In this document: piece after piece, positions 50,757 through 63,970 of the stretch
How the letters are laid out: each line of letters opens with the position of its first letter
Position numbering within the stretch: the first letter of the stretch is position 1
DNA from: Squalus acanthias
Lineage: Eukaryota
Direction: 5' to 3'
Length of the DNA stretch: 64,000 nucleotides
Assembly: GCA_030390025.1 (NCBI GenBank)
Contig: CM059433.1
Coordinates: 22,136,001 to 22,200,000 of the forward strand
Made by a program: the position numbers and the translations under genes
Notes under the pieces: model-generated
What the model was told of the DNA's origin: nothing
The model's database searches: none
What the model saw: the letters and a program-made list of their open reading frames with translations, nothing else

Positions 50757-53700
50757 GGGGGAGAACTTCATTATAGCCCAGGAATGGGCAGTAACTTTTG
50801 AAAAGTTTGAGAATTAGCGCCAGGCGCTAATGCTTCAGACTGCACTCAAAATTCAGTCTCATTGCACAAAGAGAGGATTGGAGCGCTAAATCAAGCACTA
50901 ATGGTCTAACTCAGTGGCGTTATACTCAAAGCGCTGATCAACATCAGGTGCAGTCTAATCACAAGTCATCATCACCACATGCTCTTTCCAGTTCTTAAAG
51001 GGGAGGTTCATTGATGCTGCAGAATCTCATTCTAATCATTGCTGGCTGTGCAGCCATCTCAGCCAGCAGCAGCAGCTCAAGGAGAAGGAGCCAAAGGACT
51101 CAAGCAGCCGTAATGATGGCAGATCCATGCCCCAGGGAGAGAACCCGCTGATTTTGCGATCATGCATTGGAGGTGTTGGTGTTCACAGTGGAAAGATGGA
51201 GGGCTATGCTCTACCCGGCAAGTGGCAGGAGGCCCTCGCCGCAAATCTTCCGCACCATGTGGAGGGAGGTAGCCCAGCATTTCTCGGGCAGCACTGTGGT
51301 CCCCAGGGCCCACACACAGTGCAGGAAGAAATTTAATGACCTCACTCGGGTGGTCAGGGTGAGTGAATGCTTCAACAAATGCTGCATACCACCATCTGAC
51401 CCACAGTCTGCACACACTGCCTGAAGCACCACACCCCCAGCACTCACCCACCAACAATCTCTACCTACCAACACTCGCACCCACAACTCACACCTTGCAC
51501 ACAATGACAGCTATTCAACTATGGCAGGCACATCACCCAAATACATTGCTCCACTCTCACACACACACTTTCTTTTCTGTTGCAGGCCAAGGTGGCTCAC
51601 AACAGGAGAAAGCAGGTGCGCACAGGCAGGGGACAAGCCGACACCCAACCACTGTCTGAGCTAGAGGCACGAGGGCTGCTAATTATTGGGCGCCAGGTGG
51701 TGGGCACCGTGGCCACCGGCGACGTTGACCTCCTTGGGGACAACAACGGTATGTCCATCGCTACTCCTTCTTCTCACATCCCACTTACCCCTCACCCCAC
51801 AAGCCTTTCGCACTTTCCAGTTAATCATGCGTATGCATGCACTTCTCCCTTCCTGCCCCCTCCCCTCACCTTAACCCGACTCTTGTGCTTTTATGCTTTC
51901 AGATAATGAGCAAGCACCTGAGCAGCCTGAGGTACCCTGAGGGTACCATTGAGAGTGAGGCGGAAGAAGAGGAGGAGGAAGAAGACACCGCGCCACTGCA
52001 TGTCTCACCCACAGGCACCAGCTCAGATACTGGCACTACGAGTTCTTTAGAGGCTAGTATAGTAGTAGGATCTGCACAGGGTGATTCACCGGGGACGAGT
52101 GGGCTGCAGTAAGGCTAGGGGGAAAGGGTAGCTCGGGAGCCAGTCCCTGGAGGGTGAGTTCGTGCCCGAGTTCTGCTGCACAGGACTCGGATGAGGACCT
52201 TGATGGGGAGGCCTTTAGAAGAAGGGTGATGGGCATGCACACGGAAATGATAGGTGCAATGGCAACGGTGCCCAAGAGCCTTTCGGCAATGATAAGGAGC
52301 GTGGAGGAGTCCACCTCCAACATTGCAAAGAGCTCTGCACACACTATGGAGCCCATCATTTCCAGTTTGCAAAGGATTGTCGACTCCCAGAGAGACCGTG
52401 GCGACCCAGACCTGATGCCGCGTGTGATGGGCAATCTGGCAGCTTCCATTGCAGCACAGGTGGAAGCGACATAATGTCTTAGTACTGTAATAGAATCTAT
52501 GCTTGGTGGCATTCAATCTCAGACTGTTCTCATGCAGTCTCAGCTTGATGCAACACAAGCTCTGACTGCTGCTATCGTCGACCGAGGCTTTCACGGTGTC
52601 GCAGCAGGCCAGCAATCTCTGCTGCAACAGATTGCTAGGGATGCTGAGGTTCTGCCCCAGGGGAGTGGCAGTGGGTCAGTGGAGCAGGAACCTGCTGTCC
52701 TCTCTCAGGATGACAGCATTCCTGCTCCCACCACGGCCACTCCGCCATTGTCCTTGTTACAGCCTGTCTTCCAGCCAGCCCAGACTGCTGCTGCCCATGC
52801 TAAGATGATGCAGTCTACAGTCAGGCCTTCCAGGCCCAGAGCTGGTCGAGGGCATACTACAAGGCCATCTGAAGTCTCCCGCACGGACACTCAGCAGCCT
52901 TCCACCAGCTGTGCTGCAGCCACTGGGCCAACACTTCATAGGAGCACTAGAGTAGGCACTGTAACGAGAGGCACTAAGGGATTGCACAAGGGTGAATAGG
53001 TAATAATGTTGTTGTAAATATGTGTTCACTGATTATTGATAAATTTATTAATTCAGTTTGGATTATTTTGTGGTGTCTCTCATTTCATCTTTGTGCTGTG
53101 ATATGGCCTGCGACAGGAATGGAATGATGGGGATGTGGTGAGCAACGGGGATCTGGGGTTTAATTTATTGGAACCACAGTCTGATGTCTGTGGTCGCACA
53201 CCAACTGCACATTAAGTGAGTGGTAGCCTTTGCAGTCACAGAAGATCTCAGGATTGTTATGCGATGCCCGCAAAGCCATATGGGTGCAGTCAATGGCACC
53301 CTGCACCATGGGGAATCCTGCTATCCTGGCAAAGCCATATGCACATTTGTCCTGCTTCTCTCTGGTGATGGGGAAGGAAATGTAATCGCTTCTGCTACTG
53401 GAGAGAGCCTCTGTGGCCTCCTGGATCCAGCGATGGATGGCAAACTGTGAGATGTTACCTATATCTCCTGTTGCACACTGGAATAATCTGCTGGCATAGA
53501 AATTGAGGGCGACGGTGACCTTGACTACCATTGAGAGAGCCGTGGTCGTCCTGATCTGAGGCTCAAGGTCTGGTTGCAGGAGGTGGCAGAGTTCTGTGAC
53601 CACCTCCTTGCTGAAGCGGAGCCTTCTAATACGCTGCTCCTCATTTAATTGGAGGTAGGAGAAGTGTTCTCGGAATACCCTCAGAGGGTAAGGCCTCCTG

Positions 53701-54310
53701 TTGAGAGCCCTGATGGCCCTCCTCCTCCCTCTGGCCACAAGTTCTAATCTTTCTCACTACCTCCGCTCCCTCCGCCGTAGATCCTGGAGGGCCAGGTCGA
53801 CTGCCAGTACAGCCCCATTAATGTAAGCAAGTGTAGCACTTTGATATGTTGTGAGAATAAATGTAACTAATTGTTAGTAGCCACAACACGCCTGATACTA
53901 AACAACCTTTAAATTACTGAATGAATCGGTTTCACAATGTCAAACTGACAAGGAAGCAGTGAAACAGCACTAACCTGACAGCTGTGACTCATTACTCATG
54001 ATCCCTTTATGTAGCGCCCCTGGAGCCGGCATGCGCCTGCTTGACGCCTACTCTCCCTGTTGCTGTCGGGGCGAGGCGCTAAAGCAGGGGCCGACAATGA
54101 ATTTAGCAGATCGGGCGCCTTACTGACATCACGATGTGCCTGGCGCTGAGGTCCCTGGTGGTAATTCGTAGCGGCGGTGCTACGGGGGGGTGGGGCTGGA
54201 TTTGGCATGCGTCACTGGATTCGTCTCGCCGCGGCGCTACTGCATCAGCGTCCCATTAGCGCCCCCGCCAGGCACTAACTGGAGGCGCTAACCAACTGAA
54301 TTTCTCCCCC
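50757..54310. mobile_element. Harbinger transposon: Myb on + (~51113-52999), 3'-deleted transposase on - (53160-53820)
   Basis: TIR GGGGGAGAACTTCA / TGAATTTCTCCCCC; HTQCRKKFNDL; VQGAIDCTHM...KGYHSLNVQLVCD, then truncated. Confidence 0.85.
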
Positions 54311-55792
54311 CGCGTAGCTTCTGCAGTACTTTCCTCCCAGTGACTGTGGCCAATGACGTCTGATAGTATATGCGTGGGTGAGTACCACAGATGAATATGC
54401 AGATGTGAAGGACAATATTCGTCTGCTTTTTATCCCATGTGTGCCTATTTCCAAGACACAACACAGAGCAAAAAGGGGAAAGAGCCCATTAAGCCACATC
54501 TTCACCCAGTTCGTGCTTTGTGCACGCTTCTGGTCATAGGCCAAAGGCTGACTCAATGTACCTGAAACAGGTGCTCCAACACAAATTAAATTTAAAACAG
54601 TATAAGCGACTTCAGTTGGAGCTACATGTCTATTTCCATTGGTCTTAGATCACGTGTTTAGAGCATCCATATAAATTGGGTACTCTGTTTAGCAATGCTG
54701 TGACAAAGAGACAGGCGCAAACATAATTGTAAAGTTTGGGGTTAAATTGGTCGAGGTGAGAAAACCTTCACAGGTTGCCCTTGGAGTTGGGCTACACTGT
54801 GGGCAGGAGATGCGAAAAGGAACTGGAGAGCTCTGTGCTCACACCATCTCTCTTCAGCTTAATGGGTGTCCCATTTGAAAGACCTTTATATACGTCCTAG
54901 TTGGAGGAACAGGAAAAAGCAGTGGCACGATGAGCCGAATGGCTTCCTTCTGTGCGGTATCATTCTATCATTCTAAGCATGCTTGGATGTCAGGGAAGTG
55001 AGGTTTCATCACAGGATGAGGGCACCCACCCACTACTAGCCAGTCACCAGACTTCAATTCAGGACATTTTTTTCATAAAGAGTCCCCAAAGCCCTTTTTA
55101 CTCCCCTACAATAAATTCAAATATTGAACCTTTGCACGCCCTCAGAACGTTTCTGCCACCCAGAACACGTCTCTTCACTCTATACTTGAGTCCCCAGCAT
55201 CAGAAATAAAGATCATGGCAAACGCTGCCAATATCGTCCACCGTCATTTAATAAATAACATGTGAAGTGTCTCTGAAAGTAGCGTATGCTGCCACATTTG
55301 AAATGTCGCCTGCCAGGCAATGATCCCACACCTGCCTTCTTAAACCCCATAAATATCTGAAACTGCACCTGCAGCTTGGTAACTGCCAAAGGGATAGGCT
55401 GCCCTTCACTCACACAACATGGGCATGTTTTCTCAACCAATTATACGACTCCAAGAACTATTTACATCCTCTCTGCTCATCCTTTCACATCAGGTGCACG
55501 GCAGCCTGCTCATTTGGGTGCGCGTCCTGTTATCTCAAATGAACTTTTTGTTCTCTCTTCAAAGAAGAAGGCTGCCCAAAACCATCAGCAGCAAATCCAC
55601 ACTGGGGGCACATTAGCCAATCTGTAACGCTTATCCACTATGAGGATCAATGGAAATTAAAATTGGGCAATTTCTTTAATGGGTGAATGATCTGCAATGC
55701 TAGTTTTACTCCTGGGTGGGAAGCTGAAAATCTATCCCATTATTTCTTATTGTATAAGATCCCTTTCATACTTCCTATTGTGTTGTCCTGTG

Positions 55793-56011
55793 TGACATGA
55801 ATCTGTCATTCATGACTTATGAAATAATACTGAGTGGCCTGCGGGTGGCGCTGTCCAGGGAGAGTATAAATACTCGGGCACGGGCCCAGCTTGCGCAGGA
55901 CATTCTTAACCGGAACTAATAAAGGACACAACTAGACCTCCATGTTGTAAAACAGTTGATTAAAGCTTTGTTTAACGCTTAGACCAAGTGCCTAGTAGTT
56001 TTCTTACGTCA
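55793..56011 (+). mobile_element. Compact solo LTR (219 bp)
   Basis: TGACATGA...TTACGTCA inverted termini; 5-bp TSD CTGTG (55788-55792 and 56012-56016); TATAAATA ~55865, AATAAA ~55918. Confidence 0.75.
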
Positions 56012-59000
56012 CTGTGGACTGTACCAAATTGTACCATTCATTCCGCACCAACAAAGCCATTGCGTACAAGTAGAGTATTCAGCTTTATTTTCTCTACTCC
56101 TTTGTCAGGCCTAGTCTACGCAGCAGCAACCTAGTAATGGCCCTGAATTCATGGTCAGCAGTCAAGCTAAGGAGTGCACCGCTGACCTCTGAACGAAATC
56201 CACACTTAACTTGTGCGAACCCCACTTTGAGAACGTGCTCTCAAATGCTGCAGAGTTGTGCGCAGTGTAGTGCCCCACGGAGCCCAGGGGCGCACCGTTC
56301 TGTGTATGTGAACCTGGGATCATGTGGGGCGGTGCTCCTTTCACTTCCTGACTCTTAGCCAATCAGGAAACAGAGGAGATTGCTGATGTGCCCACAACTC
56401 ATTTTAAAAGGCTATTAAAACATGCATGCCATGCAGTTACAGAAATGAATAGTACTCAGTGCTCAGTTCTTTATTTTTACTCTTCCAGTTTCTGTTGTTT
56501 TAAAGCCTTTGCTTCTTTTCAATGTTCACCATAAGCTTTCTTCTTAGTTTTACTGCTTTGTTTCACAAAATGCATGTGTAGAACACACAGTTACAGTATG
56601 TGCGGAACATGTTTTACTTCCTCCCTCTTTTCAGCCAATCCCCTTATGTTGTTTCTATCATTCTCACTGATTCTATAGGCCACCTGTCCTTGTCTGTTAT
56701 TTTTTTCCTGCTACAACTTCTGTTGCTGTATAGAAATAAGTACGTACTTGGACTATTTCTGCCATAAATGCACAGAGTGCTTTTGCCGGGAGCAACTTGT
56801 TTCCCCAAGCGGGCACCCTTCAACCGTTGGTCGGGTAAGGCGGCCCAGTCCGATCCCATCGGCCTTCCAAAAACAGGGAATTTTGACTCTCTCTCCCGGC
56901 CATGGCTCACCTCATAAAACAACTTTGCCCATTAATAAAATGTAGCAGTCCCATTCAATTTTCTCAAGCTATTTTCTACGCAATCATCAAGATTACCACT
57001 ATTTCTAAAAGCAAAACACAGCTGGGATAATGGACACAATCCCTTTCTTTCAATATGAGTAACCTAATCTGCAGGAAACAAATGTGCTTTTTGTGTGACA
57101 GCAGCAATGTTTGGAACTGGTTTCCTCATCCCCCCTCCCCTTACACTGTGCAACAGGCTTTCTGTGCCTGTTTGCACCAGACGTAAAACATTTCTGGGTA
57201 ATTAATTTGCAGTAGGTGGGCAGTTAGCCTATCTTTTTGCCAGCACGTTGATTTGAATGGAGAGGTGAAATGTGCAGTGAAGCCGATGGGCAGTTGGAAC
57301 TTGATTGCAAGTTTGGAATTTAGCACATGCGCAAGCTCATGCGAAATCACGAGCTTGCGGTCAATTTCAAAGGCAGTATGATGCTGTACTCTGAGAGTAC
57401 GCCGTCATACCGACCACAAATTCAGGGCCAGAGCTTTTTCGTGAGAGTTGCAAGTGCTAGTAGTTTTTGACAAAATAAAAATCACCAAAAGATTTCCTGA
57501 ATAGGGAGAAGGAAATCTAAATTTTCCTGCAAAACCAAGATTTTTCAAAATAAAGTTTTATGATCTCTGTGCATTAATCCTATAACACCACTCGACAGAA
57601 AGTAGAAAATGCCACAGCAGTGACTGACAGGCAACAAATTCACTTGGAGGGTATTATTGTAACAATAATAGAGCTCTTTACGTCAAGCCCAAATATCTGC
57701 AGAATCATTTGGAGCAACTCCAAGGAAGAAAATAACTTATCCACTATCAGTTATACCTTCAATTAATAACTGATTGATCCAAGGCTGGCTGAAAGCACCA
57801 CTGAGAGCACAGTTTCAGGGTTTTATAGGAATAGAGAGATTCATGTTGAGTCCTGTTTATTAAAACTGCGAGAATTTTGTTTTCCATTTTAAATATTTCC
57901 TTTCATTGTTCACTAAGAAGATTTCGAGTGGCTAAATGCAGACGGAAAAGAGACAATTGTTTGTTCTCCATGTGCCCGACATTCCATTAGGAAGATATAA
58001 TTTCTCTTATGAAATAGGCCACTAACATATTCACTGAGAATGGGATTGTAGTCCCAATGTTAGGGAAGTATGTCCTTGTAAACTGCAAATGTACCATCCT
58101 GCATACACCTCCCTGTGTTGAATTGTCTCCTACTCATTCTTTCCCAGGACATAAAAACACTAGTTTTTCTCCTTCCCCTGCTCCTGTAAGCTACAGGCTT
58201 TTAAAATCACTACTACATGATTTACCTTGTTTACTCTTCTCATTTAAACAATGACCATTGAGCTAGTTTCTCAAAAGTAATAGCTGTGTCAGAAATATTG
58301 GGGTTAAAAATTTGTGTGGGCCCATTTTGCAGAATTGGTACTGTGCAAGCAGTTTGTGGCCAAACCAAGAGGCTCGAGGGTGGATGGAAATTGGTCCTCA
58401 GGCCCCATCCACATAATTGGGGCGAGTGGCCAATGCAGATCACCCCTCCACAGGCAGCTCACCTGAGGGAAGACACCAATATCAGGCCACCTGCCTTGCC
58501 AGCAGTCGCCTTCAGGTAAGTCCCGGGCAGGGGGTTTGGATGGTTGGAGCGGGCTACGGTGGGGAGTGGAGGATCGCAGCACCTGTGGAGTCGGGGGAGT
58601 ACTCCTGCTCCTCCTGGCTCCACAACTGGATTTAAAAAAAATAAGAATAATAATTCTGAAACATACCTTTTGTTGACTGCACGGGAACGGCTGAAGAATC
58701 CAGAGTAAAATACCTGCCCCTTTCATTGCTGACTAATTTCAACAGAAACCCTAAATAATATATTCAAGGGCGTAATGTCAGGTTTAGGCTGTTGGACATC
58801 CTGGAGAGTTGTATGTTGGACGTCTTGGGGAGTTAAGGGTTAATAATTGAGCTTCTTTGTATGTTGGAGCAATAGGATTTCCAAGATAAACAGGATGACT
58901 TCAAAATGAAAATAAGCTATAGTAATGATGTCGGTAATGAATGATTAAGGTGTAACCTTAGTGGCTAGGGTAATAAACATAGGTAGAGGATCCATTAATT

Positions 59001-59474
59001 CTCATATAGAAAGATAACAGTTAATAAAGCTTGTTCTTCAAAGAGGTTAAGAACAGTTACACCAGGAAGTCTTGTTTAAGTGAAGTAGCTTTGGAGTAAA
59101 CAACTACAACTGTTTCCATGAATGGACTGTCTTCAAAGGATTTGGGAATAGATGCGTCATGTAGTCTTATCTGTGACATGTATCATAGATGTAGGCAAAA
59201 TATGATGTATAAAGGAGCACGGCTTTCAACAGGTTCTCAGAGAGCTCAAAAGATACAGAAACCAGAGAGCTGCTCTCTCTGTATACAGTTAGGCTGACCA
59301 CTGTGCAGTATATCAATAAAGTCTGTTCCATACACTCCACCATCAAGTGTGTCCGGCTTAATTGAAACGTGCTGTTGTGAACCATAAAACGGAGGTTGAA
59401 TGCTAACATAGACATCTGCCCGGATGTGAGTTATGGAGAAGAGCGATGAAATGGGGAGTGAGAGCGAGTAAGAA

Positions 59475-59735
59475 ATGCTAAACCGAGGTCCCACCTTCCC
59501 TTTCAGGTGGATGTAAAAGATCCCATGGCACTATTCGAAGAAGCGCGTGGGAGTTCTTCTGGAGTCCTGGCCAACATTTGTTCTTCAATCAACATCACTA
59601 AACCAGATTGTCTGGTCATTTATCTCATTGATGTTTGTGGAGACATTGTTGTGCACAAATTGGCTGCTATGTGGCTCTGAAGTGCTTTGGGATGTCCTGT
59701 GTACATGCAAGATGCCCTGCAAATGTACATTCTTC
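59475..59735 (+). mobile_element. Degenerate Deu-domain SINE
   Basis: aaaccgaggtccc...caggtggatgtaaaagatcccatggcacta. Confidence 0.7.
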
Positions 59736-60354
59736 CCTTCTCTCTATGTAACAAGCGGTTCCCCTCAAACACTATCTGGGAAGGAAGCAGGAGTGTTGAA
59801 GTTAGCCAGATTTATGCCTTCCACTGCCATGTTTTTCTTCTTCCTGTCAATTAAACTTTTCTCTCCAGCATGAATAGAAGGATTTCACCAAAAAGAAGGG
59901 AGAATTTCTGAATGCTCAGTTCCTCGTTCAACAATGATTTTGACATGTGCCACAAATGTTCTATTATTTGTCTTTTGAAATCTCAGCTCTGTTGCGATTG
60001 ATTGAAGTTGTGTCAGGCTGAAACAATTAATGCAACTTGTACAGTTTTAGCAGCAAAATACTCAATAGACAAGAAGGTGTGCTTGCAGCTTTAAATTCAT
60101 TTGCAATTGCTATTGAATAGAATTGACTGTAACATAGACCCAAATAAATGCCTCTTCTCTGCCACGGTGCTAATAGCAGCCACTGTTAAAAACCATTACG
60201 AAGCCATTACTAATCTACCTTACTTATATCTAAACAACCTAGTTCAATTAACATCAAAATATTACTGGAAACAGTATGCGGATAGTCAGTTCTGTCAGGA
60301 TGGACGGCACTTTGATTGTAATTGGCACATCAAACCTTTTTTGGGGGGGTTTTA

Positions 60355-60921
60355 CAGGAAACTCTTTATTAACCGGCACCGATGGGACCGGCGTGGTGCC
60401 AGTTAATCAAAAAGTCCGGATAACTGAGAGTTATATCTCCCAATGTGCGAGAGCCCCGTACACACTGACATGCGCCTGCCTATATCCTGAGGGAGCCGAC
60501 TTACGGGAGGGCAACCTCTGCCGAGGGGGCGATGGGTCTGAGCTCCGCGAGCTGGGCCTGTGTTCCGAATCGCGAGACTCCGGCTTCTTCCTCCGTGGCG
60601 GCGACAGGTTCGAGTCGGAAGAACGTTGACCCCCCTTTCGTGGGGGCGAAAGGTCAGAATCGGGGTCTTGTCTTTTCCGTGGAGACCCATTGAAATTCAA
60701 ATATTCCATCAAATATAAATGATAGAAACACTCTAAGAGGAGGGGGGTTGCCATTCTGATCACTGTACCCCCAAAACGGGACAAATCAGTATTCTGAGGC
60801 GAGCAAAGCCACACGGCCACTAATATACTGTATAGTAAAACTTACCTGAACCTACTCCTGAATTTTGCCGGTTAAGAGAGATTTCCGGATATTTAGGTGC
60901 CGGTTAAAAGAGAGTTTCCTG
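60355..60921. mobile_element. pogo/Tigger-type (Tc1/mariner superfamily) MITE carrying a captured gene fragment
   Basis: 26-bp TIR CAGGAAACTCT(T/C)T(A/T)TTAACCGGCACC with 2 mismatches; TA TSD at 60353-60354 and 60922-60923; subterminal ccggttaa/ccggata repeats. Confidence 0.88.
60470..60692 (-). pseudogene. BUD13: BUD13-like coding fragment (SDLSPPR repeats) inside the MITE
   Basis: GSPRKRQDPDSDLSPPRKGGQRSSDSNLSPPRRKK...SSDPSPPRQ resembles the vertebrate BUD13 (SS)DSDLSPPR repeats. No other BUD13 exons seen in the window. Confidence 0.6.
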
Positions 60922-61002
60922 TAATTACTTATATCCTTTTAAATCTCCTAACCACGTATCTGCTGAGGTCCCATATTCAGAATAGCTGCCCTTTTGTTTT
61001 TA

Positions 61003-61311
61003 TTCGTTTATGGGATGTGAGCATCGCTGGTAAGGCCAGCATTTATTGTCCATCCCTGATTGCCCTCGAGAAGGTGGTGGTGAGCCGCCTTCTTGAACCG
61101 CTGCAGTCCGTGTGGTGAAGGTACTCCCATAGTGCTGTTAGGTAGGGAGTTCCAGGATTTTGACCTGGTGGTGGAGGGAGTGAATGTTTAAGGTGATGGA
61201 TGGGGTGCCAGTCAAGCGGGCTTGCTTTGTCCTGGATGGTGTCGAGCTTCTTGAGTGTTGATGGAGCTGCACTCATCCAGGCAAGTGGAGAGAATACCAT
61301 CACATTCCTGA
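61003..61311 (-). mobile_element. Non-LTR retrotransposon 3' end, internally deleted
   Basis: SPLAWMSAAPSTLKKLDTIQDKA; tail ttcaagaaggcggctcaccaccaccttctc...gggcaataaatgctggcc. Confidence 0.75.
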
Positions 61312-61729
61312 GCCCTGACCCTAACTAATTGTGAGAAGTTGTACTGCTGTGTTAAGTGACAAGTTTGACTTAGTAATAAGATTCACAAGGATGGCTGAGT
61401 GCTACATCTGGAATGTAGAGCTCCACAGGCCAATTCGTGGATGATGTTCAATTCATAAAACAATTTGAATTTTGTTGGGCATGAGAGGAAATCAGGGAGA
61501 AACTAGAGAAAGATGCGAGCTCACAGTTGCATTTCTGCTTGGTTTGAGGTCCAGAATATGGGCTGGATCCGGCTCCACTGGGATTGTGTCCCATTTGAAC
61601 TGATTGTTTCAATTCTTGTTGGTTGGGCCATTAGGCAGATCGTCCTCTCCCAGTGATATGTCAGTGAGGCATATCGAGGGAGGGCGGTGGGCGGGGGTGA
61701 GGGGTTGTGGTGGTGCTGTTCCTGGGATT

Positions 61730-62417
61730 CAACAACAATAACAACAACTTGTATTTATATAGCGCCTTTAACGTAGTAAAACGTCCCAAGGCACTGCACA
61801 GGAGTATTTTAAGACAACAAATTTGACACCGATCCACATAAGGATAAATTAGGGCAGGTGACCAAAAGCTTGGTCAAAGAGGTAGGTTTTAAGGAGTGTC
61901 TTAAAGAAGGAAAGAGAGGTACAGAGGCGGAGAAGTTTAGGGAGGGAATTCCAGAGCTTAGGGCCTAGGCAACAGAAGGCACGACCACCAATGGTTGAGC
62001 AATTATAATCAGGGATGCTCAAGAGGGCAGAATTAGAGGAGCGCAGATATCTCGGGGGGGTTGTGGGGCTGAAGGAGATTACAGAGATAGGAAGGGGTGA
62101 GGCCATGGAGGGAATTGAAAACAAGGATGAGAATTTTGAAATTGAGGCGCTGCTTAACCGGGAGCCAATGTAGGTCAGCGAGCACAGGGGTGATGGGAGA
62201 ACGGGACTTGGTGCGGGTTAGGACACGGGCTGCCGAGTTTTGGATGACCTCAAGTTTACGTAGGGTAGAATGCGGGAGGCCAGCCAGGAGTGCGTTGGAA
62301 TAATCAAGTCTAGAGGTAACAAAGGCATGGATGAGGGTTTCAGCAGCGGATGAGCTGAGGCAAGGGCGGAGACGGGCGATGTTACAGAGGTGGAAGTAGG
62401 CGGTCTTTGTTATGCTG
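61730..62417 (-). mobile_element. Young L2 LINE 3' end
   Basis: Reverse-complement match to 10795-11413; (caa)n tail. Confidence 0.9.
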
Positions 62418-62606
62418 GAAAATTCCCAGGAAAAATCCTCTCTTTATGGTCTTGAAAGGCCTCAATGAAAACCCATGCCAGTTGAACCCTAGTGGGAGTC
62501 TCTTTGAGGCCTTCTAAAGTCCCTAAACCTTCACTAGAGTAAGGTAATCAAACCCGGAGGGGATTGATTACCTTCTCTAGTTGGAATGGCTCCAGTGGGA
62601 GCCAAA

Positions 62607-63498
62607 GGGGGAAAAATTCAGTATCGCCCCGTTTGGGGCGCCATTATCAGCCGTGCGCAAAGTTTAGCGCCTGGCGCTAATTATCGCCTCCGACTGCAAA
62701 CTTGACTTTTATCGCCCCTGGAGGTGATTGGAGCGCTAAATCAGGCGCTACACATCTGTCTTAAGGCGCAAAGGCCGAGGAGCGAGGCGCTACCTCAGAG
62801 CGTTGGCGAAGCTCATGTGATGTCAGTCAGCAATGGAACACAGACACACTGGCGCTGGCCAATTCTTAAAAGGGAGGGCTGATCTTGCTCTACATCCACA
62901 CCCTGCTCATTGCAGCCTTGAATCTCGGCCTGGAGAGACCTGTACATCAAATCTGCTGGAAAGAACAATGGAGAGGCCCAGGGAAAGAGCTCAGAGTGCA
63001 GCCTCCACAGTCTCTTCTAAATTGATGCAAGGAAGATCAAACCAGAAAGAACCTGCAAAGTGCTGCTTAGTACCCAAAATTCCTCAACACAGCTTTGAAT
63101 ATCTCCTGCAGTCTCTCTCTCTCACTCAGAATGCGTGGTGCAAAAATTTCACTGACAAAAAAAGGCAGGAAGTGGTCGCCTTTAAATAGCGCTCCCCCAG
63201 TCCCTTCCTGACTGCAAAACGCTCCCCTCAACCTGTCGTTGCTAGCGGCAGGCGGTAAAACAGGGGGCGCCACTCAATATCCGGTCCGGGGCGCTACCGG
63301 GGCATTGCACTCTCGACTGACGTCACGATTGGCCGGCGCAGGAGATCGTGCTGGTAGTGTTTAGCGCCGCCGCAAAATGTCTAGTTAATTCCATGAGCGG
63401 CGCAAAGATCGCCGCGCACGGGCGCTAGTTGCTTTGCGCCCCATTAGCGCCCTCTTAAGGCGCTAACGGGAGGTGCAATTCAACTGAATTTTTCCCCC
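62607..63498. mobile_element. Harbinger-derived MITE, same family as 5760-6509, opposite orientation
   Basis: TIR GGGGGAAAAATTCAG / CTGAATTTTTCCCCC; AAA TSD; retains a Myb start MERPRERA. Confidence 0.85.
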
Positions 63499-63754
63499 AA
63501 AGATTTTTATTAAAAAGTTATCCTTTGGCTTATTTGGACCTCTGGAGTACTCCACTCCTCCGTAGAAGTGCAGATCAGCTCAAGATTAGTGACAGGTCAG
63601 TTGTTTCCAGCTTCTTAGGTATATAAAAGAAAATTGGGCATACTGTACCATTTCTGTAAACTATATATACACAAGGCCCACCATCTTGGTGAGGCCGATA
63701 TCGTGGGCGATACGCGCGTGCGCCGGCAGTATGCAGAGTAGGCAGATCGTGACG

Positions 63755-63970
63755 TCAGTCAGCGTGTAACTGAGACCAGGTTCTGGGGGAAAGACTGATG
63801 GCACTGACCGCTTCAGCAATCTGCTCCCACTGCCTGCTCACAATCAGTCTGGAGGGCCTCCTGGCCCCCTGCGGGAAGAGGACCTGTCTCTTGCTTTTGA
63901 TCCCCTGCACGAAGGCCACCAGTGCTGTGTCTGAACCTAGATGCCCTTTCACTGCCCTGTTGAGCCATAG
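63755..63970 (-). pseudogene. Harbinger Myb/SANT exon 1 remnant; the element runs off the window
   Basis: SDTALVAFVQGIKSKRQVLFP...RQWEQIAEAVSAISLSPRTWSQ. Confidence 0.7.

Noticed and set aside
60431..60820. Resident BUD13 gene exon
   Set aside because: It lies inside TIRs with a TA TSD, has no clean splice acceptor, and I could not find the conserved downstream BUD13 exons (WGKG, RWDGVDRSNG) in the 60 kb downstream.
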